A stretch of 64,000 nt of DNA from an uncultured Candidatus Bathyarchaeia archaeon (GCA_964480955.1 CAYZRW010000002.1:58244-122243); one strand, 5' to 3'. Shown: positions 39,602-49,266, numbered from the stretch's first letter. The notes: generated from the sequence alone by a model not told the origin. Program-made: numbers and translations.

Positions 39602-39934
39602 CCCGGCCCAGTCCACTGAGCGACTTCATGTGTCTCCCAGAGATCGGTGGAATATCGAATATCTTTGAATAGACAAGAGCTTGAGTCTGCCATATTCCTG
39701 AATAACAGCTTACCCCTAGCGCTCACGATAACCTCAATATTTATCGTAGTCAGTCAGTTCTGGCTAGATCTTATTCTTCTTCAACTTCTCCGATACTAAT
39801 CTTGAACAAGCATCGCGCGACAGCCTAGGTCTGCAAAGCTTATTAAACGCTGATCGTGACAAGAGTGGCTGAGGCGCGTGAGTGGGCCTCCCACCCGTTG
39901 CGCCAGATAAACCCCGGAGTCGGGAGGTTTAGGT

Positions 39935-40465
39935 TTGAATCCTCAAGCCGCAAAGGAAATGTCCTTGGCGATAGTCTTCACCGCGCTGTACGCGGTGGCT
40001 GTGATAGTCCTTGCGCCGGTAAGCTTCCACATCTTCCAGGTCAGGGTTGCAGACGCGCTGCTACCCCTCTCAGTAATCTTCGGGTGGCCCGCCATCGTAG
40101 GAGTCACTGTGGGGGCTGTTGTAGCCAACTTCTACGGGGGCCTAGGCATCGTCGATATTGCAGGAGGGGCCGCAGCCAATTTCACAGCCACACTTCTGGC
40201 TTGGCAAATAGGACGCAGAAAGATCAAGGGAAGCTGGGCCTACGCTGTGGCTGTGGAGGTCTTGGTGGTGAGCCTGATAGTAGGCAGTTACTTAAGCATC
40301 CTATTCGAGGTGCCGCTGGCAGTAGGGTTATTCGGGGTTCTCATAGGAAGCCTAGTAGCGATTGGACTGTTAGGATACACATTGCTGAGGACGATGTCGA
40401 AGCCATTAATGATTAAGACCCTGCGGTCTTATGGAATCAAGCTATATCTAAAAAATGAAGACTAA
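39935..40465 (+). CDS. QueT-like queuosine-precursor transporter / ECF S-component-like membrane protein
   Basis: 176 aa, five hydrophobic helices, Gly/Ala-rich. It resembles QueT family proteins. A TTG start is used by the track, with a possible ATG at 39959. Confidence 0.45.
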   Translation: MNPQAAKEMSLAIVFTALYAVAVIVLAPVSFHIFQVRVADALLPLSVIFGWPAIVGVTVGAVVANFYGGLGIVDIAGGAAANFTATLLAWQIGRRKIKGSWAYAVAVEVLVVSLIVGSYLSILFEVPLAVGLFGVLIGSLVAIGLLGYTLLRTMSKPLMIKTLRSYGIKLYLKNED

Positions 40466-40878
40466 ACAAGCAGCAGTTGCCCTAGCAGATATCTGTTCTT
40501 TTATTCAGACTTGTTCAGAACGCCTAGAACTTAGTAGTCGAAAAGTTTTGTGAAAATACATAGGGCATTTCTACACATGTTTCGTGAAAAGACTTGGATT
40601 GAAAACAGATTGGAGGGAACAACGGAGAGACCAGCGCGCGCTACTCGTTGTACTTTGAATCATAGTGCAAAGAGTTAAGAGAAATCGTCCAAATATAGTG
40701 ATCCGCCTAGGAACCTCCTAACTAGAGATGAAGGATTCAGAGTAATCCACGCAATAACTGGAGTGTCAAGAGTGCGCGCTGGCAAGAAAGATACTCGGCT
40801 TCTAATCAATAGTTTTGTGAAAATGCCAGCGGAGGTGAATGATCTTAGGGAAGAATGAGTTGTTAGACTTTTAGAAAT

Positions 40879-41442
40879 ATGAGAGCAAGAGATCACGTGA
40901 TCATGTTCTACACAGATCAGAAAGATAAGCACCTCGTTCTCTTCACGTATTTGACGGCTGGATTGGACGCTGGTGAGGCAGCAATCTTTGTTGCAGGAGA
41001 AGAATCATCTCATCAAATAAGGGAAGCTATGAAGAGCTTTGGGTTGGACGTCGAATATTACGAGGGTACAGGCGCTTTAAGGATACTTGATTACCGAGAC
41101 TGGTATATCACTGGAGGACAGTTTGATATCGGCAGAACAATTTCCTTGTGGAAGAAGTCTTTGGATGAAGCCTTGGCCAGAGGCTTCAAAGGACTTCGCG
41201 TTACAGGCGAGATGGCATTCTTCTTTCGACATAATATGGTTCACGAACTGATTCAGTATGAGAGGGCCTTGCATAGAGTGCTCAAGATTCCACTGAGCGC
41301 TATATGCGCCTACGACGACACCGTCGTAGTTAAAGGGGCTAGAGAGAACCAATACTTAATGCTCTACCTGAATCTCATTTCGGCACATAGCACCATTCTG
41401 TTCTTGGGTCCAGAGGAGGCGGGAATGATCAAAGTTGTCTAG
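40879..41442 (+). CDS. MEDS-domain (DcmR-like sensory) protein
   Basis: DHVIMFYTDQKDKHLVLFTYL at the N-terminus and overall MEDS-like layout of about 187 aa. Confidence 0.45.
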   Translation: MRARDHVIMFYTDQKDKHLVLFTYLTAGLDAGEAAIFVAGEESSHQIREAMKSFGLDVEYYEGTGALRILDYRDWYITGGQFDIGRTISLWKKSLDEALARGFKGLRVTGEMAFFFRHNMVHELIQYERALHRVLKIPLSAICAYDDTVVVKGARENQYLMLYLNLISAHSTILFLGPEEAGMIKVV

Positions 41443-41516
41443 TTTGGGTCTCAGAAGATGAAATGGAAGAACCTGCATCCAGAGTTTCTATGTATTTGAT
41501 TGAGTGCGTTGTGTAG

Positions 41517-41678
41517 GTCTTGACCGTGACCCTGGCAGTGGACAGCTACCTAAGCATTCTATTCAAGATGTCCACTGCAATAGGATTACAAGGGATTCAA
41601 ACTGTGAAGAGCAAAAGGTTTGATAGCTGTTCTTCGGAGAGAACCTACTTCTCAACATCTCCTTCAGTTCTCTATTGA
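41517..41678 (+). pseudogene. degenerate 3' fragment of a QueT-like gene (gene remnant)
   Basis: About 85 nt (41517..41600) align at roughly 75 percent identity to 40262..40345 of the intact QueT-like gene. The fragment encodes VLTVTLAVDSYLSILFKMSTAIGLQGI, versus EVLVVSLIVGSYLSILFEVPLAVGLFGV in the intact gene. It is preceded by an in-frame TAG and has no start codon. Confidence 0.45.
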
Positions 41679-42349
41679 GCGTTTGGCGGATAGAATTGAA
41701 GACGACCGTAACATTGATTGGGCGACTGGTCTCAACAGCCGCCTTCTCTGCGATCGTCGTAGTTGCAGGTGGAGGAGTGGCCTTCATTCAGCGACCGGTG
41801 GGGGCGCTGTACTTGGTCTTTTGGATCTTGTGGTGCCTTGTTACAGCGCTGGGGCGGCAAAGAGGTGTGCTCTCGGCTTATGACAAGAGCCAACGCTCGT
41901 TCGCTGCTCTTGGCGGTCCAATCTTCCTCGGACTCATCGTTGTGGCGCCCTGGGAATACTCGAACTTTGCAGGGCCCATTCCTCGTGACGGACCGCTGGC
42001 TTGGGTTGGGCTGGCTCTTCTTGCGTTGGGCGTCGTGCTCCAGGCAGCGGCTATGTGGGCACTCCACGGCCTGTACACGTACCGGCTGGGCGTGCAGCCT
42101 AGACATCGCTTGGTTGTGAGTGGCCTATATCGTTTCGTCCGCCACCCAGGCTACTCAGGCAGCATCCTGTCCATGACGGGTATTGGTCTGGCTTTGAGTA
42201 GCCTAATCGCCCTTGGGCTGGAGATTCTCTTTGTGCCGCTTCTCCTGAGGCGGATTGAGCGCGAAGAGGAAATGTTGTTGGCCGAGTTTGGTGAAGAGTA
42301 CCGGACCTACATGAGGACGACGAAGCGGCTGATACCGCTGGTCTACTAG
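41675..42349 (+). CDS. isoprenylcysteine carboxyl methyltransferase (ICMT)/phospholipid methyltransferase-family membrane methyltransferase
   Basis: RFVRHPGYSGSILSMTG and C-terminal EEEMLLAEFGEEYRTYMRTTKRLIP match the ICMT family. GC is about 60 percent versus about 48 percent for the window. Confidence 0.7.
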   Translation: MSVWRIELKTTVTLIGRLVSTAAFSAIVVVAGGGVAFIQRPVGALYLVFWILWCLVTALGRQRGVLSAYDKSQRSFAALGGPIFLGLIVVAPWEYSNFAGPIPRDGPLAWVGLALLALGVVLQAAAMWALHGLYTYRLGVQPRHRLVVSGLYRFVRHPGYSGSILSMTGIGLALSSLIALGLEILFVPLLLRRIEREEEMLLAEFGEEYRTYMRTTKRLIPLVY

Positions 42350-42433
42350 TTGAACGGCTGAGCAGGTAACGAAGGAAAAGGCTCTTACACCTTGAGCTGT
42401 ATGTGAAGAAAACTGACCAGATGTGTGTGAAGA

Positions 42434-43108
42434 GTGATCGAAAGGATTGAGAGATACTTTCCGGAGGAGATACCTTTTCCCTCCACCCGGGGCTACGCCC
42501 ACATAGCGAGGGTCAGCCCGTTCATCAGAGACGCTTACAGAGAGGTTGCCCGAAGAGCGGCGAGGAAGCTGACGAGGGGAAGAGTACTCGATGTGGGAAC
42601 CGGCCCCGGCTACCTCCCCATAGAGATTGCTAGGTTGACTGAGGGGGTTGAGGTTGTCGGCATCGATGTTTCCAAGGACATGGTTAGAATAGCGAGGAGG
42701 AATGCTCGTAAAGAAGGAGTGGAGAACAGGGTTAGGTTTGAGGTTGAGGACGCGAACAACATGTCATATGACGACTCATCCTTCAACCTCGTCGTCAGCA
42801 CAGCCAGCTTTCACCACTGGAAGAGACCCGTCAAGGTGCTGAACGAGATTCACCGAGTCCTCAAGCCTGGTTGCGAGGCTTGGATATACGACCTGCGTAA
42901 GGACGCACCTCCCGAGGATGTTGAGAGGCTGAAGGAGAGATACGGCAGGTTCATAGGCTGGCTCCTCTACAGAGCGGTGACCGCCCACTCAGCCACAACA
43001 AGAGAAGAACTGGAGAGGGTTTTGAAGGATCCGGAGAACAGATTCAAAATCTACGAGATCAGGGAAGACTACCTCTTCATCCTAGAAGCAGTCCTGCTAA
43101 AGACCTGA
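42434..43108 (+). CDS. class I SAM-dependent methyltransferase
   Basis: Motif I VLDVGTGPGYL and post-I acidic DVS. FNLVVS motif. Confidence 0.8.
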   Translation: MIERIERYFPEEIPFPSTRGYAHIARVSPFIRDAYREVARRAARKLTRGRVLDVGTGPGYLPIEIARLTEGVEVVGIDVSKDMVRIARRNARKEGVENRVRFEVEDANNMSYDDSSFNLVVSTASFHHWKRPVKVLNEIHRVLKPGCEAWIYDLRKDAPPEDVERLKERYGRFIGWLLYRAVTAHSATTREELERVLKDPENRFKIYEIREDYLFILEAVLLKT

Positions 43109-43164
43109 GACCGGCTGAGTTTCCCAGGTAGCCGGTTATCCGAGAATCTCAGTAGAGATGTTTC

Positions 43165-43713
43165 TTACACTTTCTTGACTGGGTATCTTATCAGTGTCCT
43201 CTGAACTTTGGCCTTGGGGCTTGTTAGGTACTCCTCCTCATGGCTGCCAGCTATCTCGTAGCCGTTGTCTTTAATGAATTGGCGAAGCCTCATCACCGTC
43301 TCGTGCTCAGTTCTGTATGGGCCGATGTGCAACATCTGCGCGACCGTCCCGTACTCCCAATTCTCCAGTCGAACCTTCGGTTCAGGAGCCTTCTGAGGGA
43401 CCTCAGTCACCTCTTCTGGAACAGGCAGTGCCCAGATGCCTGTCCACTGACCCTTAGGGGCTAGGTGGGCATCGGGCCACCGGGCACGCAGCCTCCCAAC
43501 CTTGAACTGCACGTCTTTCTTCTTCAACTCGAACTTGAGCTTGTAGACTGAACCGAAGAGGGTTGGCAACACCTTTTTTGCAGCAACGTTTGGGTCTCCT
43601 TTGGAGACGACTACAGCCATCTTCTGCGTCCTCATCTCGATGATCTCAGGCTTCGTCAGCTTGGCCGGTCTTACTCCCTTCACACCTTTCCGGAGGACTT
43701 TGCTCTTCGTCAT
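43165..43713 (-). CDS. GyrI-like small-molecule-binding domain protein
   Basis: Overall about 180 aa pattern with HIGPYRTEHETVMRLRQFIKDNGYEI typical of GyrI-like/AraC effector-binding domains. Confidence 0.5.
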   Translation of the reverse strand: MTKSKVLRKGVKGVRPAKLTKPEIIEMRTQKMAVVVSKGDPNVAAKKVLPTLFGSVYKLKFELKKKDVQFKVGRLRARWPDAHLAPKGQWTGIWALPVPEEVTEVPQKAPEPKVRLENWEYGTVAQMLHIGPYRTEHETVMRLRQFIKDNGYEIAGSHEEEYLTSPKAKVQRTLIRYPVKKV

Positions 43714-43868
43714 GGCTCCCCAGCGGTTAGAAGGTAGCTAGAATGGATATATGCGTTGCCAACCAGAGGTGAAGTCCCCAAAAGAGTAGGTAGGACTTCC
43801 ACTCCCCGTATTGCTGCAAAGCATATCAAGAAGCCGTACGATCAAGAGCTGACACCAGGCGTTAAGAC

Positions 43869-44672
43869 TTGATAGTGAAAGAGGTTGAGTGTAGGTCACT
43901 GCTCAGCGAGAGTCGCCTCGCAGACTACTGCATCAACCCCTACATTGGCTGCCAGCACGCCTGCAGGTATTGCTACGCTGAGTCATACACTCAAAGATTC
44001 TCCAAGCATACGGAAGCGTGGGGGGATTTTGTAGACGTCAAGATTAATGCGCCTGCTGTCCTTGTGAGGGAGGCTAAGAGGAAACCGAAAGGAACGGTCT
44101 TCCTCAGTTCCTTGACTGACGCTTATCAGCCGCTCGAAAGAGAATATGAGTTGACTAGAAAGTTGCTCGAGATTCTTTTGCGGCAACAGTTTCCAATATC
44201 GATACAGACGAAGTCTGCCCTAGTCCTCAGAGACCTAGACCTCATCCAGAAGTTTCGAGAAAGAGAAGTTGGATTCACAATAACAACGCTAAACGACGAT
44301 ATCAGGAAATTGTTTGAGCCAGCATCTTCTCCTGTTGAGGAGAAACTCTGGGCCATCAAGAAACTTAGAGAAAACGACGTGAAAACCTTCGTCTTCTTTG
44401 GACCCATACTGCCCCACATTTCAGACCGAGATCTCGAAGATTGTTTTCGTCAGATTCTGAGGGCCGGTGCAGACTATGTCTACGTTGATAGACTCAACCT
44501 GAAGCCCGGCCTATGGATAAAACTGGAAAGGTCTCTGCAGGACCATTTCCCCCATCTCCACGAAGAATGGAAAGATATTCTGTTAGGGAAAAGCGATTAC
44601 TACGAGAAATTGAAGAGGGAGATTAATCGTATAAGTAAAGAACTAAGATTTGATTGCAGATTCTGTTTCTAA
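43869..44672 (+). CDS. radical SAM protein of the SplB-like / COG1533 DNA repair photolyase family
   Basis: CINPYIGCQHACRYCYA (Cx3Cx2C with the family-typical spacing) near the N-terminus. Confidence 0.7.
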   Translation: MIVKEVECRSLLSESRLADYCINPYIGCQHACRYCYAESYTQRFSKHTEAWGDFVDVKINAPAVLVREAKRKPKGTVFLSSLTDAYQPLEREYELTRKLLEILLRQQFPISIQTKSALVLRDLDLIQKFREREVGFTITTLNDDIRKLFEPASSPVEEKLWAIKKLRENDVKTFVFFGPILPHISDRDLEDCFRQILRAGADYVYVDRLNLKPGLWIKLERSLQDHFPHLHEEWKDILLGKSDYYEKLKREINRISKELRFDCRFCF

Positions 44673-44986
44673 ACAGCTTTTGGGCCTAAATTTGATTTAT
44701 CGCAAACGGTTGGCACATGTTGACACATTATTTCCACGACTCAACCACCAGTTCAACATGTGCGTTATCGAGAGACAGCATCCAGTTGAGAGTTAGCAAA
44801 ATCGTTTACACCGACACACATTTCTTTATTCAATAGTTTGATAGTTGGCGTCATTTATTCAATAGTTACGACGTTCGATCATACATTGACTTTATTCACG
44901 AAACCGTACGCTCGATCTAGCTCAGACATTGCGCATGGACACAGTTTAACCCTTGCACAATACGAACATTGGAGAGACTCAGTAGC

Positions 44987-45916
44987 TCACCTGAATTCCT
45001 CTGGAAGCTCGTGAATCACTTCGTCAATGGTCTTGTAGGTCTTTTCTGGGATATCTTCGAGTAGGACTGATGCATGAACTCTTCTTTCAGGAGTTAGGTC
45101 TATGACCTTCCATCCTTGATCCTCTATCAACTGTTGCTTTGTCGCTGGGAACTCTGCATCCTCACTGAGAACCTCTCTCAATGACTCTGGGCCTGTGCTT
45201 CTTGTTGCCATTGGAAATCTGCCTGAGACTCTGTACGTCTTGAGTCTGGCCGCGTCTTTGTACATCTTCACTCCGTGGAAGGTTAGTGCAGCCCTCCGGT
45301 ATTCGCTCTTATTCGATTTCTCATCTATCTCCTTGAGTTCCTCGTCTGTGAACTGGTAGATGTTGCGACTTCCTTTGCCGAAAAGTCTCGTGTACAGTAT
45401 GTCAGACTTGACTTTAGGCTCTTCTCTGGACAGGTCGAGGCAGTGAATTATCTCATATTCTCGCATCAATTCAAGAAGCTCTGAGGGTACAGATTCATTT
45501 TCAGGTCTTCTTATCTCCCAAGCCATCTCCACCCCCTCATGATCCGCCCTTTTAAGGAAGTTGTCTATCGCCTGTATCTTTGCTTTGTCACACTTCAGGT
45601 CGGCCGGCGTCTGCATGTGCAGGAATTTTGCTCTCAAGATCCTGCAGACTGTCATAGTCCTCTCGAATATTCGGAAGGCCTCGTCTATTGGTTCGAGCCT
45701 GTACTTGTGGGTTAGGTCTCTGTGACATCGCACTGAGAACTCGAAGTCTTCTGGAACACGCCTTCTCCATGATTTGACCTGCCATGTTTCTGGGTGCTCG
45801 TAGAAGGTTGAGTTGGCCTCGACGAAGTTGAAAGCTTCAGAATAGGCTTCAAGGCTGTCGCGGTTTGGAACCTGGAAGTAGGCCCATCCACCTGCGCCGA
45901 TCAGGACCTCAGTCAA
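44987..45916 (-). CDS. DUF72 (YecE-like) protein with C-terminal DUF2795-like tail
   Basis: N-terminal GAGGWAYF...NSTFYEHP is the DUF72 signature. The C-terminal FPATKQQLIEDQGW...DIPEKTYKTIDEV resembles DUF2795. Confidence 0.7.
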   Translation of the reverse strand: MTEVLIGAGGWAYFQVPNRDSLEAYSEAFNFVEANSTFYEHPETWQVKSWRRRVPEDFEFSVRCHRDLTHKYRLEPIDEAFRIFERTMTVCRILRAKFLHMQTPADLKCDKAKIQAIDNFLKRADHEGVEMAWEIRRPENESVPSELLELMREYEIIHCLDLSREEPKVKSDILYTRLFGKGSRNIYQFTDEELKEIDEKSNKSEYRRAALTFHGVKMYKDAARLKTYRVSGRFPMATRSTGPESLREVLSEDAEFPATKQQLIEDQGWKVIDLTPERRVHASVLLEDIPEKTYKTIDEVIHELPEEFR

Positions 45917-45987
45917 GTCTTCAGCCCACTCTTTATATTGACTGGTAGAAGTCAGCTATATCTTGTCTTTCGCCTCGGTGTGGTCAC

Positions 45988-47178
45988 ATGGGCAGGCTTC
46001 TTCTAGGGACTTCCGGCTGGTCTTACGATGAGTGGGTTGGGGTCTTCTATCGTGACCGCAAAGAACGTAAGCTCAGCGCCTACGCAAAGGTCTTCCCGAC
46101 AGCCGAGATCGACTCAACCTTCTACGCCTATCCTTCCAAGGGTGTGGTGATGGGTTGGGCCAGATATACCGGTTCCGAATTCGTCTTCACAGCCAAGCTC
46201 CCCCAACTGATCACTCACGAGAAAGCCCTTGACCTGAAGAGTGGAGTTGAGGATGATGTCGAGCGGTTCTGCGATTTGATGTCTCCTCTACAGCTGAACG
46301 GTAAGCTTGGCTGCATCCTCATACAGCTTCCACCAAGCCTCAAATTTGATCCGGCGAGGGTTGAGGCTTTCTTCGGTATTCTTCCAAGCGACTTCAGGTT
46401 CGCAGTCGAGTTCAGAGATCCGTCTTGGTTGAGAGCTGAGACTTGGAATCTCCTCGAGAAGTATAGTATCGCGTACACGGTCGTTGATGAACCTCTGCTC
46501 CCCCCCGAAGTCAAGGTCACCTCTGACTTTGCATACTTTAGGTGGCACGGTCGAGGCCGCAGACCATGGTATAACTACCGCTACAATGAGGGGGAGCTGT
46601 CTCCTTGGGTTCCAAAGGTCAAGGAGACCATGAAGAACGTCAAGACAGTCTACGGCTACTTCAACAATCACTACCACGGATACGCCGTAGAGAATTGCCT
46701 TCAGATACTTGAGATGCTAGGTCCGTTGACACGGAGTCAGTCTGAGACGAAGAAGCATATCGAAGAGTTCGGGGTCTCTGGACTACGAGTTCCAAGTGAG
46801 GAGGGTGTAGCCAGACTCACCGCCTTCATGTCCAAACCAGAGGCTGATGAGGTGGGTCTAAGCGATCTTCTGGCCAAGTTTATCGACAAGTCTAGGCTGG
46901 ATCGAGCCCGAACGATCCGTGACGACGAGTTGAGAATTGAAGAGGTCTCTGACAGACGCTTGGCCGCTCATGTTCGCTCGTACCATGTCGTGATCGACTT
47001 CGATAAGCAGGTTATTCTCCATGATTGTGCTGACTGGACTCGAACACTATCTTCGAAGCAGTTCTGCAAACATCTTGGAAAACTGTTTCAACATATTCCC
47101 GAAGATAGATCTGTCGGGATCCTCAGAAAAATCTGTTCTGAACTCGATGATTGGGATTTTCAGACCTGTGAAAGCTAG
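45988..47178 (+). CDS. DUF72 (YecE-like) protein with unique about 130 aa C-terminal extension
   Basis: GTSGWSYDEW...DSTFYAYP is the DUF72 signature. Divergent paralog of 44987..45916. Confidence 0.7.
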   Translation: MGRLLLGTSGWSYDEWVGVFYRDRKERKLSAYAKVFPTAEIDSTFYAYPSKGVVMGWARYTGSEFVFTAKLPQLITHEKALDLKSGVEDDVERFCDLMSPLQLNGKLGCILIQLPPSLKFDPARVEAFFGILPSDFRFAVEFRDPSWLRAETWNLLEKYSIAYTVVDEPLLPPEVKVTSDFAYFRWHGRGRRPWYNYRYNEGELSPWVPKVKETMKNVKTVYGYFNNHYHGYAVENCLQILEMLGPLTRSQSETKKHIEEFGVSGLRVPSEEGVARLTAFMSKPEADEVGLSDLLAKFIDKSRLDRARTIRDDELRIEEVSDRRLAAHVRSYHVVIDFDKQVILHDCADWTRTLSSKQFCKHLGKLFQHIPEDRSVGILRKICSELDDWDFQTCES

Positions 47179-47269
47179 ACCCATAAGAAGACGAATCGAA
47201 TCACAGAGCGACTTTATTGTAGTAGGACGGATTGTTCCCCGGTTCAGAGCCTCACAACCGTCTACGAAC

Positions 47270-47719
47270 TCAAACTCTTAGATCGGATATTTTGACGGTT
47301 GAGACCTCGCTTATGTCTTCGAAGTGTTTCTCCTCATCCAAGATTACGACCGGCACTTTTTCTTCATTCGATAGGCGCAGTGCTAGGGCGGCTGAGGAGA
47401 GGTCGCCCCAAGGCTTATCCCTATACTTTAGCTTCAGCGCTCCCAGATTTATGGTTGTCACCTCGTCTTGAAGTACGTTAATGGTTGCGTAGGCTGAACG
47501 AATGACAAGCCTTGGATCTACATCCTTTTCTAGAAATTTCGGTCTTGCCTCTTTTATCATTGATATGACTCTGTAAGCTTCCGAGAGGTTGTTGGGATGG
47601 ATGAAGATTTCAAGTTCTCCCTTCTCATGTTTGAGAACCGCCTCCCTCGCAACGTCGGACCCCTCCTCTTTGGTGAAGATTAGAATGAAGGGACCCGCGT
47701 CAAAGACAAGCCTCCTCAA
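47270..47719 (-). CDS. vapC: PIN-domain ribonuclease (VapC-like toxin)
   Basis: VFDAGPFILIF N-terminal Asp and PIN-like acidic residues. Its start overlaps the upstream AbrB-type gene. Confidence 0.7.
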   Translation of the reverse strand: MRRLVFDAGPFILIFTKEEGSDVAREAVLKHEKGELEIFIHPNNLSEAYRVISMIKEARPKFLEKDVDPRLVIRSAYATINVLQDEVTTINLGALKLKYRDKPWGDLSSAALALRLSNEEKVPVVILDEEKHFEDISEVSTVKISDLRV

Positions 47720-48015
47720 TTCTTCTTCTCCGCAAGCCGGTTCTCTAGCTCGACCTGTCTTTGCCTCTCCGCCTTTGTTTCTGCCTCCCGTTGCCTCAGC
47801 AGGGTTTTGGAGGCCTCGACTCTACCGAGGAAGCTGAAGAGCTCGGATAGAGGGGGTAACCTCTCCAGCAGTATTCTGTTCTCGTCTAAGGGTGTCAACG
47901 TAAGCTCAGCTCCCGTGTCAAGCCCAAGTCTCTCTCTGAGGGCCTTGGGGATAACGACCTGACCCTTGGCTGATACCCTTGTCTTATACTTCAGCGCCTG
48001 CTCCAAGTTGCGCAA
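47716..48015 (-). CDS. vapB: AbrB/MazE (SpoVT-AbrB) family antitoxin
   Basis: VSAKGQVVIPKALRERLGL swapped-hairpin motif. 4-nt overlap with the PIN gene. Confidence 0.65.
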   Translation of the reverse strand: MRNLEQALKYKTRVSAKGQVVIPKALRERLGLDTGAELTLTPLDENRILLERLPPLSELFSFLGRVEASKTLLRQREAETKAERQRQVELENRLAEKKN

Positions 48016-48567
48016 CCTATCTTACCATTAGCCTAAACAGATTTAAGTCTTACCTACCTCACAAATTATAAGTAGTCTTACCAAATAGTCATAGGCGGGC
48101 CTCAGTTCTTGCCAGATCGCAGGTGAAGCCACCCCCACCGCGACCAGAGAACCTAGAAGAACAAGGCGGAAAGATAGAGGCGACCAAGGTTTAGCTTTAC
48201 ATAGACATTGGAGTGAACTGCGAAAGGAATGGCTGGAATATGCCGCTGAAGCGCGCGCGCTTTCCGACAGCCTAACGTTACAATAGGTTTATGGTAGAAT
48301 TGAGATCAAAGAGAGGGTTGCAGAAAAATTTTTTTCCCATTCCAATCGACCTGTGGCAGAGTCGGGAGCTCCACCCCACTTGTAGTCTGGATAATAATGT
48401 CAAACCATGTTAACTTCTGGATCAGTATTGAGGGACTGTACCCCCGCCGGTGAGGGAAGTTGGTGTGGATCTCCACGGTAGATTTGAAAAATAGACTTAT
48501 TCTAAAGCAACGTAAGGATTCAAGGTTGAAATTGTAAGAATCGGGTCTCTCCTCTTATGGTCAAGGC

Positions 48568-48696
48568 TTGAAGCCTGAAGATCTTAAGAGATTCATGGAG
48601 AGGTCTGGGAAAAGCCACGAATGCAAACCAAAGGATCTCAAGATGGTAATGTTGAAATTTGAGCTGGCCCAACGAAGGTTGGGAAGTTACCTGTGA
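48568..48696 (+). CDS. small ORF A (about 42 aa, TTG start) encoding LKPEDLKRFME..., paralogous to small ORF B
   Basis: The open frame overlaps the downstream PNPOx-like gene start by GTGA. Its sequence is conserved with 49129..49266 with mostly synonymous changes. Confidence 0.25.
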   Translation: MKPEDLKRFMERSGKSHECKPKDLKMVMLKFELAQRRLGSYL

Positions 48697-49121
48697 CCTA
48701 CACCCTTGAGGATCTTGCCCGGCTCATAGCCAAACGCAACTTCTGCACACTAGCCACGCAGGGACCCAGCGGCCCCCATGTTGCCGGTGTCTGCTACTTG
48801 GCCAGAGGGTTGGATATCTATATCCCAACAAGTAGAAACACAGCGAAGGTTCGCAACATTTGCCGTAATCCGCATGTCGCGGTGCAAATCTCCGTACGTT
48901 GGCCCCTGTTACCTGCCCCGCCACGAAGCATACAATTTCGGGGTATCGCCGAGATTCTGCCTATCGATGATGCTGACGCTAACGCCGCGTTAGCGCAGGC
49001 ATCGATAGCTATATCTAGAAGGCTATCCTCCACTTCGATGTACCTGAGAGGCTTCATACCGAATCTTAAACTAGTTCTAACTCGAAACCATAGCGCACAC
49101 GCTGGGCACTTCCCATGGTGA
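48693..49121 (+). CDS. pyridoxamine 5'-phosphate oxidase-like FMN-binding split-barrel protein
   Basis: N-terminal TLEDLARLIAKRNFCTLATQGPSGPHVAGVCYL resembles the PNPOx-like/general stress protein 26 family. Confidence 0.55.
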   Translation: MTYTLEDLARLIAKRNFCTLATQGPSGPHVAGVCYLARGLDIYIPTSRNTAKVRNICRNPHVAVQISVRWPLLPAPPRSIQFRGIAEILPIDDADANAALAQASIAISRRLSSTSMYLRGFIPNLKLVLTRNHSAHAGHFPW

Positions 49122-49128
49122 GGAAGGT

Positions 49129-49266
49129 TTGAAGACTGAAGACCTCAAGAGGTTTATGGAGAAGCACCCCTATTGGAAAATCTTCCCCTGGCATCCCCTT
49201 AACCTAGCCCTAAAGAAATCAAGATTCAAAGAGCCCAAGGAAAAAGAAGATAAGCAATCAGGTTAG
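49129..49266 (+). CDS. small ORF B (45 aa, TTG start) encoding LKTEDLKRFMEKHPYWKIFPW...
   Basis: Begins 8 nt after the PNPOx-like stop. Paralogous to small ORF A. Confidence 0.25.
   Translation: MKTEDLKRFMEKHPYWKIFPWHPLNLALKKSRFKEPKEKEDKQSG

Noticed and set aside
39925-39950. GGTTTGAATCC, resembling a tRNA T-arm
   Set aside because: No acceptor, D or anticodon arms can be folded around it. It overlaps the QueT-like gene start.
39856-40416. 186-aa + strand ORF in an alternative frame over the QueT-like gene
   Set aside because: Its Arg/Gly/Cys-rich low-complexity translation is typical of off-frame reads of an Ala/Gly/Val-rich membrane gene.
41732-42119. Overlapping ORFs 41732..42106 (-), 41763..42119 (+), 41878..42078 (-)
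   Set aside because: They lie inside the 60 percent GC ICMT-family gene. GC-rich DNA generates long stop-free frames. Only the ICMT frame has family motifs.
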